Shown here one piece after another: positions 39,737-53,714 of a DNA stretch of 64,000 nucleotides (position 1 is the first letter of the stretch; each line of letters begins with the position of its first letter). Where the stretch lies: NCBI RefSeq assembly GCF_020745735.1, contig NC_083416.1, positions 80,811,131-80,875,130 on the forward strand. The letters run 5' to 3'. The translations under genes were made by a program, and so were the position numbers. The notes below the pieces were generated by a model. That model had not been told where the DNA came from. It searched no databases and saw nothing but the letters and a program-made list of their open reading frames with translations. The stretch is from Hemiscyllium ocellatum (lineage: Eukaryota).

Positions 39737-40520
39737 ATAAGAACATAAGGATTAGGAGCAGGAGCATGTACTATAACCCCTCCAGCCTTCTCCACTATTT
39801 ATGGAAATTACATGGTGGGTCACATTTTGACTCCACTTTCCTTCTCATTACCCATAATATCTAACCAATTACTAATTTAAAATCTGTCCATCTTTCCCTC
39901 CGTCTACCCCCACCCTTCAATTCAAGATATCTTGCTGCAATTGATAAGGATCTTGGTTATAACACCCCTGGAGCATTGTGTACTGTTCTGGTGTTACTAT
40001 CTAAGGAAGAATGCTCGAGTTAAGGAGGGAGTGGAGCAAAGTTTTACCAGACTGATACCTATGATGACAGAACTGACCTATGAAGAGAGATTGGATTGGT
40101 TAGGCTATATTTTTTGGATATTAGGAAAATGATGAGAGATGTCAAAGAAACCTATAAAATTCGAATAGATGTGGACAACATTTATGCAGGAAATATATTC
40201 CCATTAATTTGGGAAGTCCAGGATTTAGTGGTTAAATTTTAAAGATATTGGATAGGCCATTTCGGGGGAGAGAGTTTGTCAACCAGAAATTGCTCAACTG
40301 GTGGAAGCCTTTTTCTCATGAAGTGGTTGAGGTTAAAGCATTAATTAATTTCAGAAAGACTGGATAAACTTAGGGCTAGAAGGATCAACAAGTATGGGTG
40401 TAAAGTTGGAACAATGTACTGAGTCAGATGATCATTCACAATCGTACTGAACAGTATAGCAGACTCAAAGAGTAAAATGATTTGTTCCTGTTCCTGTTCC
40501 TGTTTTCTATGCTTCTCTGT
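39737..40520. mobile_element. Two CR1-like LINE 3' fragments head-to-head (minus ~39737-39900, plus ~39925-40520)
   Basis: Left tail ataagaacataag; right part translates LEHCVLFW..YEERLDWLG and ends ttcctgttttctatgcttct. Confidence 0.55.
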
Positions 40521-40769
40521 TCACCTGCTTTAACTAATGCACTAAATCTCCCAGTCTGGGAGATACAGGCAATGAGGCCATTTGATTTGACCACGGTCCA
40601 TCTCCAGTCAGTTCGTCAGATACCTTTCTGTTCTGAAATTAAGAATCTGGTGTATGAAATATCTGAATCTAGAGAAAAAAATGGTAGATCACAATTTCTT
40701 CCAAATATTTTGTACCTAGTTGACCTTCTGCATCGGAGAAAAAGACGGGATAGAGATATAATTAAATAT

Positions 40770-40958
40770 GGGAGGAGAAAGTGAGGTCTGCAGATACTGG
40801 AGATCAGAGTTGAAAATGTGTTGCTGGAAAAGCGCAACAGGTCAGGCAGCATCCAAGGAACAGGATTCCTGATGAAGGGCTTATGCCCAAAACGTCGAAT
40901 TTCCTGTTCCTTGGATACTGACTGACCTGCTGCGCTTTTCCAGCAACACATTTTCAAC
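40770..40958. mobile_element. Hairpin Penelope-derived element with 14-bp TSD and hammerhead-like core
   Basis: TSD atataattaaatat at 40756-40769 and 40959-40972; ~57-bp inverted arms; core CTGATGA-A-GGGC-TTAT-GCCC-AAAA-CGTC at 40869-40896. Confidence 0.8.
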
Positions 40959-41399
40959 ATATAATTAAATATACCAACATTCTCTTCTGGATTTTGGTCA
41001 TTACTGATTACTGTGGGGCCTAGAAAATATTACGTCCTGATAAAAATTGTACACAATTGTTTCAACTGGGAATTGAGGATTTGTTTTACAGCACCTGTCT
41101 GAACCTTCTGTTTTGTTATCAGGAAAATGCTCTGTACGTGCACAGATTATTTGTATTGGCAGAACTGTTCATAAGTGAGTAACATTAGTTAGAATGCATA
41201 GTACGAGGATCACACTTCTGTTAATTTCAGATGGAAAAGCGACAGGAGGACTCATTCCATATACCTTAACTTTGATCCCTACGTTTAACAATGTTCTGAA
41301 ACATTGAACTAAACCATTGTTGTGTACTTGCTTTTTTCAAGCAGTTCAGATTTGCGTGCTCAGATAGTGAGGTAAAGAAATATTTATTATTTTCTGTGA

Positions 41400-41939
41400 C
41401 ATGGAAATGCCAGTCTTGGACAAGAGTGAACAAGGTCTAAAGTCAGACAACGCCAGCTTGTAGCCAACAGGTTTGTTTGAAATCATAAGATTTCTAAGCG
41501 GTGCTCTTCAACAGATGAAGTGAGAGAGACGCACATAGGCACAGAAATCAATAGACAAACAAATGAAAAGATCATGCAAATGATGTGATTGAAGTATCAA
41601 GAAGCCAAATAATAGATCACTGCAGGCGATCAAGAGTTTCAGACAGTGTGAGGAAAGTGTCAACAGGTAAATATCAAGCGAAGGGATGACCTATAATCTG
41701 ATTAAATGAGGCAGCAGGATGATTATAAACTATTATTTTTCTATTATTTGGCCTGTCAGCACTCCACTCACACCGTTTGTCTGATCTTTTGACCTCTCTG
41801 TCCATTAATATCTCTGCCTAAAAGTTCTGTACGTTTGTGTTTTCTCTCTCACTTCACCTTATGAAAGACCAATACTTCAAAAGTTTTTGATTTCATATAA
41901 ACCTGTTGGACCATAACCTAGTGATGTCTGACTTCTGAC
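41400..41939. mobile_element. Long palindromic Penelope-derived element with probable TSD
   Basis: attattttctgtga (41386-41399) and attattttcagtga (41940-41953); arms related to 10695-10892. Confidence 0.6.
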
Positions 41940-42079
41940 ATTATTTTCAGTGATATACAACAGCTTTAGGAATTGCTTTTGGGTAAGAAATGTATTTAAT
42001 TTGGATAAACAATAGGCGTGTAGGCATACTATCAGTACCAAAATCTAAGAGAACAGGGCACTTCACAAGTGAAAGAATA

Positions 42080-42150
42080 CAACAAAAACAGAAATTGTTG
42101 GAAAAGGTGAAAAGATATGGCAGCATCTTTGGAGAGAAATCAGAGTTAAA
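42080..42150. mobile_element. Fragment of Penelope-derived palindrome arm
   Basis: aaaaacagaaattgttggaaaagg...ggcagcatctttggagagaaatcagagttaa matches the 8068-8265 family. Confidence 0.45.
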
Positions 42151-42371
42151 AAACGAAAGTGTTTCAGCAAACCAAAGCTGTGATGTAATAGTTGAAAATA
42201 TAGGAAATTAATAATTTTGAGTCATGACTAGTTAAAATGCTCACATAATGCAGATTTCTGCTATTTCCTTTACAGCATATGATCTTTCACATTAATCAAA
42301 ATACATTTTCTCTGCCTTCTCAGCTTGAAAAGTGGTCTTAATGATTTTAGCCGATTGGGATTAGTTGATTC

Positions 42372-42627
42372 TTAGATTAGATTTAGATTTAGATTACTTA
42401 GATTACTTACAGTGTGGAAACAGGCCCTTTGGCCCAACAAGTCCACATCGACCCGCCGAAGCGCAACCCACCCATACCCTTACATTTACCCCTTGCTTAA
42501 CACTACGGGCAATTTAGCATGGCCAATTCACCTGACCCGCACATCTTTGGACTGTGGGAGGAAACCGGAGCACCCGGAGGAAACCCACGCAGACACGGGG
42601 TGAACATGCAAACTCCACACAGACAGT
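42372..42627 (-). mobile_element. 5'-truncated HE1-type SINE
   Basis: Near-identical reverse complement of ~33894-34130; lacks the tRNA-like head. Confidence 0.85.
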
Positions 42628-43467
42628 TTCAAATGATTGAATGAGCTAAAAGCGTGTTTCACTTCAGAAAAGATTGGTTTAGGTATATGTGCCTGCAAAA
42701 TATTGAATGTTGTCGATACCATTCAATATGCGACCATTTAACTTTGAACTACGTGCAAGGCTTTCAAGAGAATTGATGACTCAGCATAAAATTCTCAATG
42801 TTGATGCAAGGTTGGCGATCAGACTATTTTTTTTCGTGGTTATTGCAGAGTTTGAAATTTATTGAACATCAAGTAACTCTGACAAAATAGTTGCAAGGAT
42901 AAACACAACGTACTGCAAATGCTGGATACCTCAAATAACAGAATGAAATAATGAAGAAACGTAGCAATTCTGGCTGTATTTTTGGAGAGAAGAAAAGTTA
43001 ACATTTCAAGTCTGATATAACTTTTCTTTGAAGCTTGTTCTACTGAAGAATTCCCATCAATTTGAAACATTGACTTTTTTCATTCTCTGCAGTTGTTGAT
43101 AGACCTACTGAATTTCTACAGCTCCTTTTATGATGATATAGATGTCTAGAAGAGAAATGGCAGTTTACATGAACTTCATTACAGGAATCATGTCATTGAA
43201 GTGGGTGAAAGAAGGACAAAATAATTTAGTGAGAATTGACAGCAAGTTAAAGATGGAAGATCATTTCAAAATAGTCCGAACTGGGTTATAAATAGAATCA
43301 ATTGCTTATAGCGTATCCTTGGACTTTGCTTTTATTTCTATCCTTGGTTTTATTTTATACTACACACCTGGATCTTACAACCTCTGATACAATTCAGGCC
43401 TTGAGATTAATATGGGAACAGGGAAAGCTAGTACAGAGTTGCAAAATAAGCGTAAGCATAATTTTTA

Positions 43468-43700
43468 ATTGTCCAACAATAAATGTAGATATCTGCACTC
43501 ATTCCAGACCGTTCAGCTTTAAGAAGTGAGCATTATTTTGATTGGTCGAATTTCAACGCGCTGGTGTTCACCAATTAGAAGCGGAGATGTGATTGGGATC
43601 TGGACAGCCCCCTGCACTACCCAGACACCACCACGTCCGATCAGACACAGAGTAAATTTGGATAGCGAACACCTCCGTCGGGTTTATTCAGGAATCTACT
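43468..43700 (+). promoter_or_regulatory. Conserved cPcdh promoter module of unit 6
   Basis: ATTGTCCAAC 43468, GCTTTAAGAA 43516, ATTGG 43541, CCAAT 43571, CACTACCCAGACACCACCACGTCCG. Confidence 0.8.
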
Positions 43701-43871
43701 GGAAATATTAAAGAGATGTAAGAGACTTTACATGCGACGATGCGGGCGATTTATGAAACAATCAGACATTTGCAATATCGCTGTTTTCATGTTTAAAATA
43801 TTCTGGTATAACTAATGAAGATAATTCATGGTGCGGGCATGTTCTGAAATGGGGAATGTTTACTGCTAGAA

Positions 43872-46334
43872 ATGAGACATATAATAAATTGGCTGCTAAA
43901 ATGCCTATTATTGTACTGTGCATTTTCCTTGTGGGATCTAGTGCTTGGGCAGATTCGTTACTCAATTCCCGAAGAACTGCAGCTGGGCTCCTTTGTTGGG
44001 AATATCGCTGAGGATTTGGGTTTAGACGTAAAGCAGCTCGCGGCTCGCAGTTTTCGGATTGTACCCGGGCCCAGGAAACAATATTTGGGCATAAGTTTAG
44101 ACACTGGAATTTTACTTGTGAAGGATAAAATTGACAGAGAAGAGATTTGTGGCCCGAGCCTGAGCTGTGTTTTGTCATTGAACGGTTTGCTCGAAAACCC
44201 ATTAAAGCTGTACCCGATTGCAGTACAGATCATTGATGTAAATGACAATGCTCCCAGTTTCCCAAAGAGACAATTCCGCCTTGAAATTTCAGAGCTTTCC
44301 ACACCGGGATCGCGTTTTCCCATTGAACCTGCATACGATTCTGATATCGGAACTAACACCGTGCAAATCTACGAGCTCCTTCCGAATGATTATTTTATTG
44401 TCGAAGTGCGCAGTAGTGAAGGAAAGATGCCTGTACTGGTGCTGCAGGGGTCCTTGGATAGAGAATCCGAATCCAGCCACAGGTTAACGCTGATAGCCAA
44501 GGACGGCGGGGTGCCTGTGAGATCGGGCGCTGTGCAGATCTCAATTATCGTAAAGGACGCAAATGACAACGCCCCTGTCTTTTCCCAGTCATTATACAGA
44601 GTCAGCCTATTGGAGAATACAGCCGCAGGTACACAGGTAATCAAATTAAATGCCACTGATTTGGACGATGGTCTCAATGGAGAGATAAACTACTCGTTTG
44701 GTAGCCACACATCAGCTAGAGTACGGGAGCTGTTTGGCGTGGATTCCAAAACTGGTGAAATGAGAGTGAGAGGGAAGTTGGACTATGAAGCAGACAAGGT
44801 CTTTGAAATTACTGTGCAGGCAATAGACAGAGGTTCAGAGGCAATGTCCGGGCACTGTGTAGTTTTCGTGAATATTATTGACGTGAATGATAACCGACCT
44901 GAGGTGACTTTGACGTCTTTGTCGACTGCAGTATCGGAAGCTGCGCCAATTGGGACTGTAGTCGCTCTGTTCAGTACAGCAGATCAAGATTCGGGGCGAT
45001 ATGGGCAGGTGCAATGTCAAATTTCAAACAAACTGCCATTTAAGCTGGATCCCTCATTGGAGAATTATTATGGAATACTTGTTCAAAATCCACTCGATCG
45101 TGAAAATACCCCATTGTATGACGTTAGTATCACATGCTCGGATGCAGGAAATCCTCCTCTTACGTCGGAAAAAACCGTTCGAGTCGACGTTTCCGATATA
45201 AATGACGAGGCCCCACGGTTCACGCAATCTTTATATACCGCAAACGTCATGGAGAACAACGTTATTGGTGCTTCTATATTTTCTATTACAGCCTTTGATC
45301 GAGATGTCGGACTAAACGCTCTGCTGAAATATACTATCCTGGAGACTCAAGTTTACAACGTCTCAATTTCTACCTACGTCTCGATTAACTCGGAAACTGG
45401 TGTCATATTCGCTCAGCGATCTTTTGATTACGAGGAGCTCAAAAGCTTTCTGTTCCAAGCTCAGGTCGTGGACTCTGGGTCGCCGTCACTCGCAAGTAAT
45501 GCTTCAGTAAAACTTACTATCCTTGATCAGAATGACAATGTTCCAGTCATTGTGCAGCCATTAGCTGAATTTGGGACAACAGCTGTAGAGACAATTTCCA
45601 GATTTGTAGAACCAGGTTCTTTGGTTGCTAAAGTATCGGCCACTGACGCGGACGTTGGACAAAACGCTTACCTTTCATATTCGATTTTGCAATCATCCAA
45701 TCCTAACCTTTTTACTATTTCCCCAGGCACTGGGGAAATTTGGACTATACGTCGTATTGAGAAAAAAGATGCAACTAAGCAAAGTTTGCTGATTGTTGTA
45801 AAAGATAGTGGAACACCATCACTTTCTGCCACAGTGACCATCATCTTATCTTTGACAGGCAGTGACACTGAAGCATTCTCCAGTGTCAGTGATTCGTCTG
45901 AAGAACGTGTGTTCACTCCTGAAGTGAGCTTTTCCTTGGTTGTTGCATTAGGTGCAATGTCTATCATTTTTCTCATGATTTTAATAATCCTTGCCATGAT
46001 GTTTCATAAAAGCAGAAAATCTTCAGTTGGTCAGCAATGTTCCCTGGGGGTGTGTTGCTGTCTTGAATCCAGGCATTCCTTGAATGGACTTCAAATAAAC
46101 AGTCAAAACCTTCAAAAACACCAGAACTATGTTGAAGTATTTGGTGGTGATCCACTTTCTCAGAGATTCCGCTATGAGTCATGCTCAACATTGCAGTCAA
46201 TGAAGAGAGACTTCACACTCTCAAAAGCATCTAGATCATCTACAGACAAGAACTATTTTCGAAATGAGTCTATTAGGAAGGAAGGCACGACAATAATTAA
46301 TTCTGAAAATCACAGTATCCCATTAAGTAATGAG
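43872..46334 (+). CDS. Clustered protocadherin variable exon, intact (unit 6), 821 codons
   Basis: Same domain layout as unit 3. Phase-0 donor GAG|GTAAGG at 46334/46335. Confidence 0.95.
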
Positions 46335-46874
46335 GTAAGGCACTTGTCATAAGAAATATTATAAGAGACGCTGTTTCGGATCTCTGGATATATTTGCAAT
46401 AAAGTTATTGTGTTGAAATGAAAAGGGTAAACCGTGAGAATTAAACTCATCATTCACACTTTTCTGTAATATTTCTGAATTCTGTTAACAGTATAGTCTG
46501 CAATACTATCCCGTAGAAAGGTTCAACTTTCCTTTGCAATTTTCTGTAACTTATTATGCTGTCTGGCTGAGTTTTAATTGTTTTCTGGCTGTCCTGTTTG
46601 CCGGTTTGCCCTTCCTAAAATACTGAATTTAACTTGAATCTAAGAGAATTGTGGATTTCTTTCTTATTGTAGCAACAATGAAGAATACCATGCAGCCACA
46701 TACCTGTGGAAGTACAGAACACTTTCATGAACAGTAGAAACCAGTAGTTACTTGTTGGATATCGTGCTCTCAGCGGGCAGTTGTCATTAACTTATAACAG
46801 CACATTTGTTTGGTGTCATATTATCCGAAATCGATCAGGTAGTGATGTCGATTTCAGTTACAAACTGTAACTCA

Positions 46875-47850
46875 TTGTGTGCCAGAGGAATCAATGGCAG
46901 GGATCACAGTTCATTTTTGTACACATGGAAAGTGAATGTACAATAGCCAAGTTTGCAGATGACAAAAATAAATGTGATTGCAAGTGGTGTTATGAAATGA
47001 AGAGTCTGCAGAGAGATGTGCACAAGTTAAGAAACTGGGCAAAGTTATTGGCAGATGGAATATCTTGTGGAAAATATGAGATTGTGCACTTTGGTAGGAA
47101 TAATTGAAGAGATGAATACTATTTACATTGGGTAAGACTGCAGAACGCTACAGATCAAAGGGATTTGTCCTCATACACGAATTACAAAACATTAGCATTC
47201 AAATTCTGCAGTAAATATGGAAGGAAAATTAGATGTTAGAATTTTTTTCCAAGGGAATGAATAAATATAAGAAGGTTTTACTGAAACAATTGAAATAATA
47301 TGGCCAGTTTTGGTGCTGGTTATTTAGAAGATATATGCTAACATTGGAGACAGAGCAGAGAATGTTCACTTGGCTAGCACCAGGTATGAAGGGATTGTGT
47401 TAAGAGGAGAGGTTGTGTATTTTGGGCCTGTACTCGCTGGAATTTAGAGGATTGAGATATGACCTCATCGAAACGTGCACGATCTTTTAAGGCACTTAAC
47501 ACAGTAGATGCAGAAAGGTTGTTTCCACTTGTGGGAGAGTCTACGAGAAGAGGGCATAATCTCAGCATAAATGTTCACACATTTAAGACAGAGATGAGGA
47601 GTAATTTCTTCTCTCAGTGAGCAGTGCATCGATTGAATTCTTTAACGTAGATAGCTGTCAAAGTTGTGTTGTTAAATAGATTCAATGCTGACATAAATAG
47701 AGTTTTGGTCAATAAGGAAATCAAGGATCATAGGGAGAACGACTAAAAAGTGGTCTTGAAAATTACCAGGTCAACCTGATCTAATTGAGTGGTGGAGTAG
47801 ACTTGAATGACTGAATTGTCTTCTTCTGCACTTACATCTTATGAACTTAT
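46875..47850 (+). mobile_element. CR1-like LINE 3' portion
   Basis: IAKFADD RT motif, KYEIVHFGR, tail cttacatcttatgaacttat. Confidence 0.75.
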
Positions 47851-48789
47851 AGCATTAGTAGTTGGCAAAAAAACCCTGCTTTATATGAATTCAATATTTT
47901 AGAGTTATCTTTTGAGAATCTTGTACAGAGCATAGATTATGAGTGTCGTATTCATTCAAGTGTAATTTTTAATATTATCCAAGAAAATTAACGGTTGCAA
48001 ACCGACAACTATTGAAAGTAAATGTACAGGTTGGGAGATTCTGACAATAAGACCAATTGATTTGAATATTGCCTATCGCTGGTCACTCTGTTAGAATCCA
48101 TTGTGCTCTCAAGGCTGCATTTTGTTAAACGCAACATATGACGTTTAACAGCAAAAGAAGAGATAGGAATTTTATCTAATAATGTTGTGCAGAACGGTAC
48201 CCCTTGCAGAAGACCAAAAACAGCAGTATTAGAGTCAATGTGCCAACTTCTTTTATGTAACTGAAATGTGGTTAATTTCACAAAATTAAAATTAAGGTTG
48301 AAGTTAGATTAGGAGTTTGGAAGTTACTAAATCTCCATAATTTAAGTACAATGCAATGTTAATTTAGTCCTGACCACATTTTTCAAACATTTAAAATGTG
48401 CAGCATTTAGAATCAAAGTAATCAGTTGCCACATTCAACAAGAAAAAGAGCTAATTTCATTTGAGTCCACTTTCATCCAAATGGAGAAAACATTTTTAAT
48501 TATGGAAGTGACATACCAGAGACACAAAACTCATAAAATGATATTTGCCAAGAGAGTCCACACAATTAAACCGAATAAAATTCTTCTCAGACATACCTAA
48601 GCATGTGTAAAGCAATCAATATCTTTAATGAGAAATTCCAAAGAGGATTTGACAGCTGCACAAAAGAGAGCCCACTCGAAATCTTAAAACTCATAGAAAC
48701 GATTGTAGGTGAACTCGGTAAATTCACAATTAGCTTTGTTCCAGAATACTGAGATGATTTTCTAAACTAATTAAATAAATTCAAACCGG

Positions 48790-49480
48790 AAGATATGGGA
48801 GCATAAATAAGACGTTTCGTCCATCAAATATGTTTCATAACAACTGATTTGGTAATCCTCAGTGCCATTTTTCCTCATAATTCTTAATTCCAGAACTGTC
48901 TAAAAACTTGGTCTTCCTCAGCCTTGAATATACTTAATGGCCCAACCTTGATAGCTCTCAGTAATAAAGAATTTGGCAGCTTTATTTTCCTCTCAGAGAA
49001 GACACTCCTTCTTATTTCTCTCGTAAATGTATGATCTTTTATCCTGAGATTAGGCTTTCTAGTGCTAGATTCTTCCACAAGGGATATAACCTTGCTGCAA
49101 TTGCCGCATCATGTCCTCAAAGATTTGTGTATGTTTAATCAAGGTCACCTCTCATTTCTCTGTATTCCAACGGGCACAGACCCAATCTACCTTTCTCATA
49201 AGTCTTTCTCTTCATACTTGCTATCAGCCTCGTGAATCTCTTTGGACTGCCTCCAATTCCAACACATTTTTTTAAGATAAGGGGCTCAAAACTGTTCTCA
49301 GTATTCCAGCTGTGGGTTGACAAGTGCCTTGCATCGATTTACCAAAAAAAAACTCTACGTTTAAACTCCATTCCCTTTGAAACAAAAGCCAATATTGCAC
49401 GGGTCTTCCATATTGCATCCTAAAGTTAGATGCTAACTGTTTGAAATGCATGGACAAAGACTCCATCTGTTCTGTAGTTC
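48790..49480 (-). mobile_element. CR1-like LINE 3' portion
   Basis: Minus-strand translations KRFTRLIASM..YE..RLGL..LEYREMRGDL and NLRIKDHTFTREIRRSVFSER. Confidence 0.7.
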
Positions 49481-50837
49481 TCTACAGTCATTGTCAACAG
49501 AGCTGACAATCAAACAAAAACGCTGATACTAAACAGTTGCAAAAGCTACAATAACAGTGTGTAAAATAAGAACGAACCATTTAGTTACAGTCCCTATTTC
49601 AAAGATCTACTTTGTTGTTAGGGTTACCTCAAGTACTTCTATGGTTTATTTGCATGTCCAGAGCTCCTCACAAGACACCATTTAGACCATGGAAAATCAA
49701 AAGAAGACCACCTACATATTTCAAGGTTGGAAAACAACAGTAAGACTTCTTTCATGAATCCTGTCTTGAATTCTCACCTTTTACAACGTATCTGAATGAT
49801 GAAAATACTATATTGGTGTAATTAGTTTTCCTAGTGATGTAGGTTGGCAAAGTTGGATAATAAACTGAAAGCAAATAACTACTTTCAGCCGAGCATTTAT
49901 AGCTTAGGCAAACATGTTTTAAGATTTTCAATGCTTTTACCTTGGACAAAATAAAACAATGTATGCAGAGTAAACATTTTGAAAAAGTTGATAAGTAAAA
50001 CCCTTAAGCAAATCCGAAAGATCAAAGAAGAAGCAACTTCACAAACAGAAAATATGAATGGATTCCAAAGTTAATAGTTTCGAGTTATGACTAGTTAGTG
50101 TGCTGGCATTATGTAGCTTTATTTTTCTTTTGCTTTCACAAATTATGGAAAGTTGGTTTTTGCACTGATCAAAATATGTTTTCCTACCTTACAACTAGAA
50201 AGGTGTGCCTGCAATTAGTAGACCTCTCTGAGTGGATTTTTTTTAACACCTGAATGAACAACAGGTGTACTTCAGTTTTAGAAAGCAGAGAATCGTGTAT
50301 GCTTAGCTTTATAATGTTAAATGCAATAGAAGACATTGAAGATAACAAAGCATTTAAGTTGGATGACAGTGCAAGACGTATGAGGGGTGGATGGTTCAGC
50401 ATTTAATTCTAAACAGTTGTGTACTGTTCAAAATTAAAATATATTTTTTCGTAGGTTAAAAGATGTGGCACACAAAGAATGCCGTTATAGCAAATTGAAC
50501 AAAACTATGACGAGATGGTGATCTGGATTTCTGGAAATTAAACTAATTATCATACCTATAATAATACAGTTTTGTACATAGTTTAATTAGATCAAGGAAT
50601 GTGTAAATAATTAAGTCTTAGTTTCGTGAGAATTAGTAATTGGGAATGGAGAACTGCAACACTGGAATCACAGGTGAACCATATTGATCAAGACAGTGAG
50701 CCACACTGAATGTTTTATTTTTTTTCTCTCCAGTCACATATGCTACAATGCTGTCAAATAAGACTGATGGTGACTTTTTATTCTGGAGATAGGTTGGTTG
50801 CAAGCAGTTTGGCAAATAGATCGTAATGTAATTATTA

Positions 50838-51070
50838 ATTGTGCAATAATAAATCTAAATATGTGCATTTAATTCAGACCGTCCAGCTTTAAGAAATCAA
50901 GAATAATTTGGTTGGTTGAATTTCAATAAACCGGTATTCGCCAATCAGATGCTGAGCTACGATTGGGGATCCGGCCAGCCCCTTCGCGACACAGACACCA
51001 TCACGTCTGACCAGACGCAGAGTAAAATTGGGTAGCGTGCAGCTCGGCAGGATTTGTTCACGAATCCACT
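50838..51070 (+). promoter_or_regulatory. Conserved cPcdh promoter module of unit 7
   Basis: ATTGTGCAAT 50838, GCTTTAAGAA 50886, GTTGG 50911, CCAATCAG 50941, GGGGATCCGG, CAGACACCATCACGTC. Confidence 0.8.
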
Positions 51071-51248
51071 GAACATATCAGAGAGAAAAAAAGAATGTTT
51101 GAATGAAATAATCCAACCGATTTGTGAAACATTCAGGTATTTACTACATCGCTGTTGTTTCGGATATAAAATATATGAATATAGCTGTGAAGAAACTAAT
51201 CAATGGTGCGGAGACGTTCTGAAGCAAGGGGAATGTTTCACGCTGGAA

Positions 51249-53714
51249 ATGAGATATACAATATTTTGGTTATTAAAATGCCGAGTACTGTGCTGTGTAC
51301 TCTTCTTGTGGAACCTTGCGTTTGGGCAGATTCATTACTCGATTCCTGAAGAACTGCAATTGGGCTCCTTTGTTGGGAATATCGCCGAAGATCTGGGTTT
51401 AGACGTAAAGCAGCTCGCGGCTCGCAGTTTTCGGCTTGTGCCCGGGCCCAGGAAACAATATGTGGATATAAGCCTGGACACTGGCATTTTGCTTGTGAAA
51501 GAATCAATTGACAGAGAAGAGATTTGCGGCCCGAGCTCAAGTTGTGTTTTATCCGTGAGCGCTTTGCTCCAAAACCCCTTAAAGCTGTACCCGATTGCAG
51601 TGGAGATTCTTGATGTAAATGACAACAGTCCCAGTTTCGCAAAGCGACAATTCCGCCTTGAAATTTCGGAGCTTTCTTCGCCGGGAACGCGCTTCCCTCT
51701 CGAGGCTGCGAACGATCCGGACGTTGCAATCAATTCCGTGCAAACCTATGAGCTCCTTCCCAACAATTATTTCGTCCTTGACGTACAAATGCGCGATGGG
51801 GAAAAAATGCCAGTATTGGTGTTGCAGAGTTCCTTGGACAGAGAAACGGAATCCAGCCACAAGTTGACGCTGATAGCCAAGGACGGCGGGATCCCTGTGA
51901 GATCGGGAACTGTTCAGGTTTTAATCAGCGTAAAGGATACAAACGACAACGCCCCCATCTTCCCCCAGTCAGTTTATAGAGTCACCTTATTGGAGAATGC
52001 AGCCATTGGAACGCAGGTAATCAAATTAAATGCCACTGACTTGGATGATGGTCCGAATGGAGAGATAACCTATTCACTCAGTAGCTACAATTCTGCCAAA
52101 GCTCGGGAAAAATTTAGTGTGGATTCTAAAACTGGCGAAATCAGAGTGAGAGGGAAGTTGGATTATGAAGAAAACACAGCATTTGAAATTAATATTAAAG
52201 CCATAGATGGGGGTCCTGACGCTATGACGGGGAACTGTGATGTCCTGGTGAATATTATTGACGTGAATGATAACCCACCTGAAGTGACATTGACGACTTT
52301 GTCGAATACAATTTCTGAAGATGCTCCAGTCGGGACTGTAGTCGCTCTGTTCAGTGCAACAGATAAAGATTCTGGGAGAAACGGGCAGATACAATGTAAA
52401 AGTCCAATTAAACTACCGTTTAGAATAGACTCGTCTTTGGAGAATTATTATGGATTAATTGTTCAAGATCCACTGGATCGAGAAAATACCTCCAAGTATG
52501 ACGTTACTGTAACATGTATGGATGCAGGAAATACACCTCTCACATCTAAAAACACCATTCGAGTTGAGATTTCTGACATAAATGACAATGCGCCGAAATT
52601 TACGCAGTCTTTGTACAAAGCAAGCGTAATGGAAAACAATGATATTGGCATTTCTATATTTTCCATTTCAGCCTTTGATCCAGATATTGGTCTGAACGCT
52701 CGATTGAAATACTCCATTCTGAAGGCTCAAATTCACAACGCTTCGGTATCCACTTATATCTCTATTGACTCGGAAACTGGTGTAATATTCGCGCAGCGAT
52801 CCTTTGACTACGAGAAATTAAAAAACTTCCAGATCAAAGTCGAAGTCATGGACTCTGGATCGCCGCCACTCGCAAGTAATGTTTCAATGGATGTTGTTAT
52901 CCTTGATCAGAATGATAATGTCCCAGTCATTGTACAGCCATTAGTCGAGTTCGGATCAACAACAGTAGAGACAATATCCAGGTTTGCAGAACCCGGCTAT
53001 TTAGTTACCAAGGTATCTGCCACTGACGCTGATGCGGGTCAGAACGCTCGCCTTTCTTATTCCATTTTTCAGGCTACCCATCATAATCTATTTACCATTT
53101 CACCAGACACTGGGGAGATTTGGACAGTCCGACGCTTTGTGAGTAAAGATGCTTCTAAGCAAACGTTGGTGATTCTGGTAAAAGACAATGGAAAACCATC
53201 TCTTTCTGCTACAGTGACCATTAGCTTATCTGTGGTTGGTGGTGACACTGAAACATTCTCCAGCATCAGTGGTTCGTCTGAGGACCCCCGGTTCAGTCAT
53301 AATCTTAGCCTTTCCTTGGTCATCGTTTTAGGAGTAATTTCAATAATTTTTCTCGTGATTTTAATTATTCTCGCTGTGAAAGTTCATAAAAGCAGAAATG
53401 CTTTGGGTGGTCAGCACTGTTCCCTGGAGTCATGTTGTTGTCTTGAAACCAGACATTCTCTGAATGGAATTCAAAAGGCTAGTAGAAACCTTCAGATAAC
53501 CCCGAACTATGTTGAAGTATTCGGGGGTGATCCCCTTTCTCAGCGTTTCCGTTATGAGTCGTGTTCAACATTGCAGTCAACAAAGAGAAACTTCATAACC
53601 TCCAACACGTGCAAGTCATATGCTGACAAAAAGTATGTCTGGCATGATTCTCTTGAGAAAGACAGCACGAGAATGGTTAGTTCTGAATGTAACAGCAACT
53701 CTGTAAACAACAAG
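51249..53714 (+). CDS. Clustered protocadherin variable exon, intact (unit 7), 822 codons
   Basis: Start placed at the ATG homologous to the other units (MRYTIFWLLK). Phase-0 donor AAG|GTGAGG at 53714/53715. Confidence 0.95.

Noticed and set aside
51136-51158. ATCGCTGTT (units 6, 7) and GTCGCAGTT (unit 9) about 100 bp before the ATG as a possible CGCT/CTCF element
   Set aside because: CGCT is present in only 2 units and the upstream CCAC/AGRKG part of a CTCF motif is absent; at most a remnant. Needs a matrix scan.
51054-51248. 65-codon N-terminal extension of the 891-aa ORF
   Set aside because: It starts at TTG within promoter/5' UTR sequence and has no counterpart in the paralogs' ORFs; the homologous ATG and signal peptide start at 51249.
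28662-51733. Mutually similar antisense ORFs over EC1 (3118-3489, 28662-29132, 43762-44202, 51238-51729, etc.)
   Set aside because: They are shadows of the paralogous sense CDS with variable starts and stops, and there is no independent coding signal.
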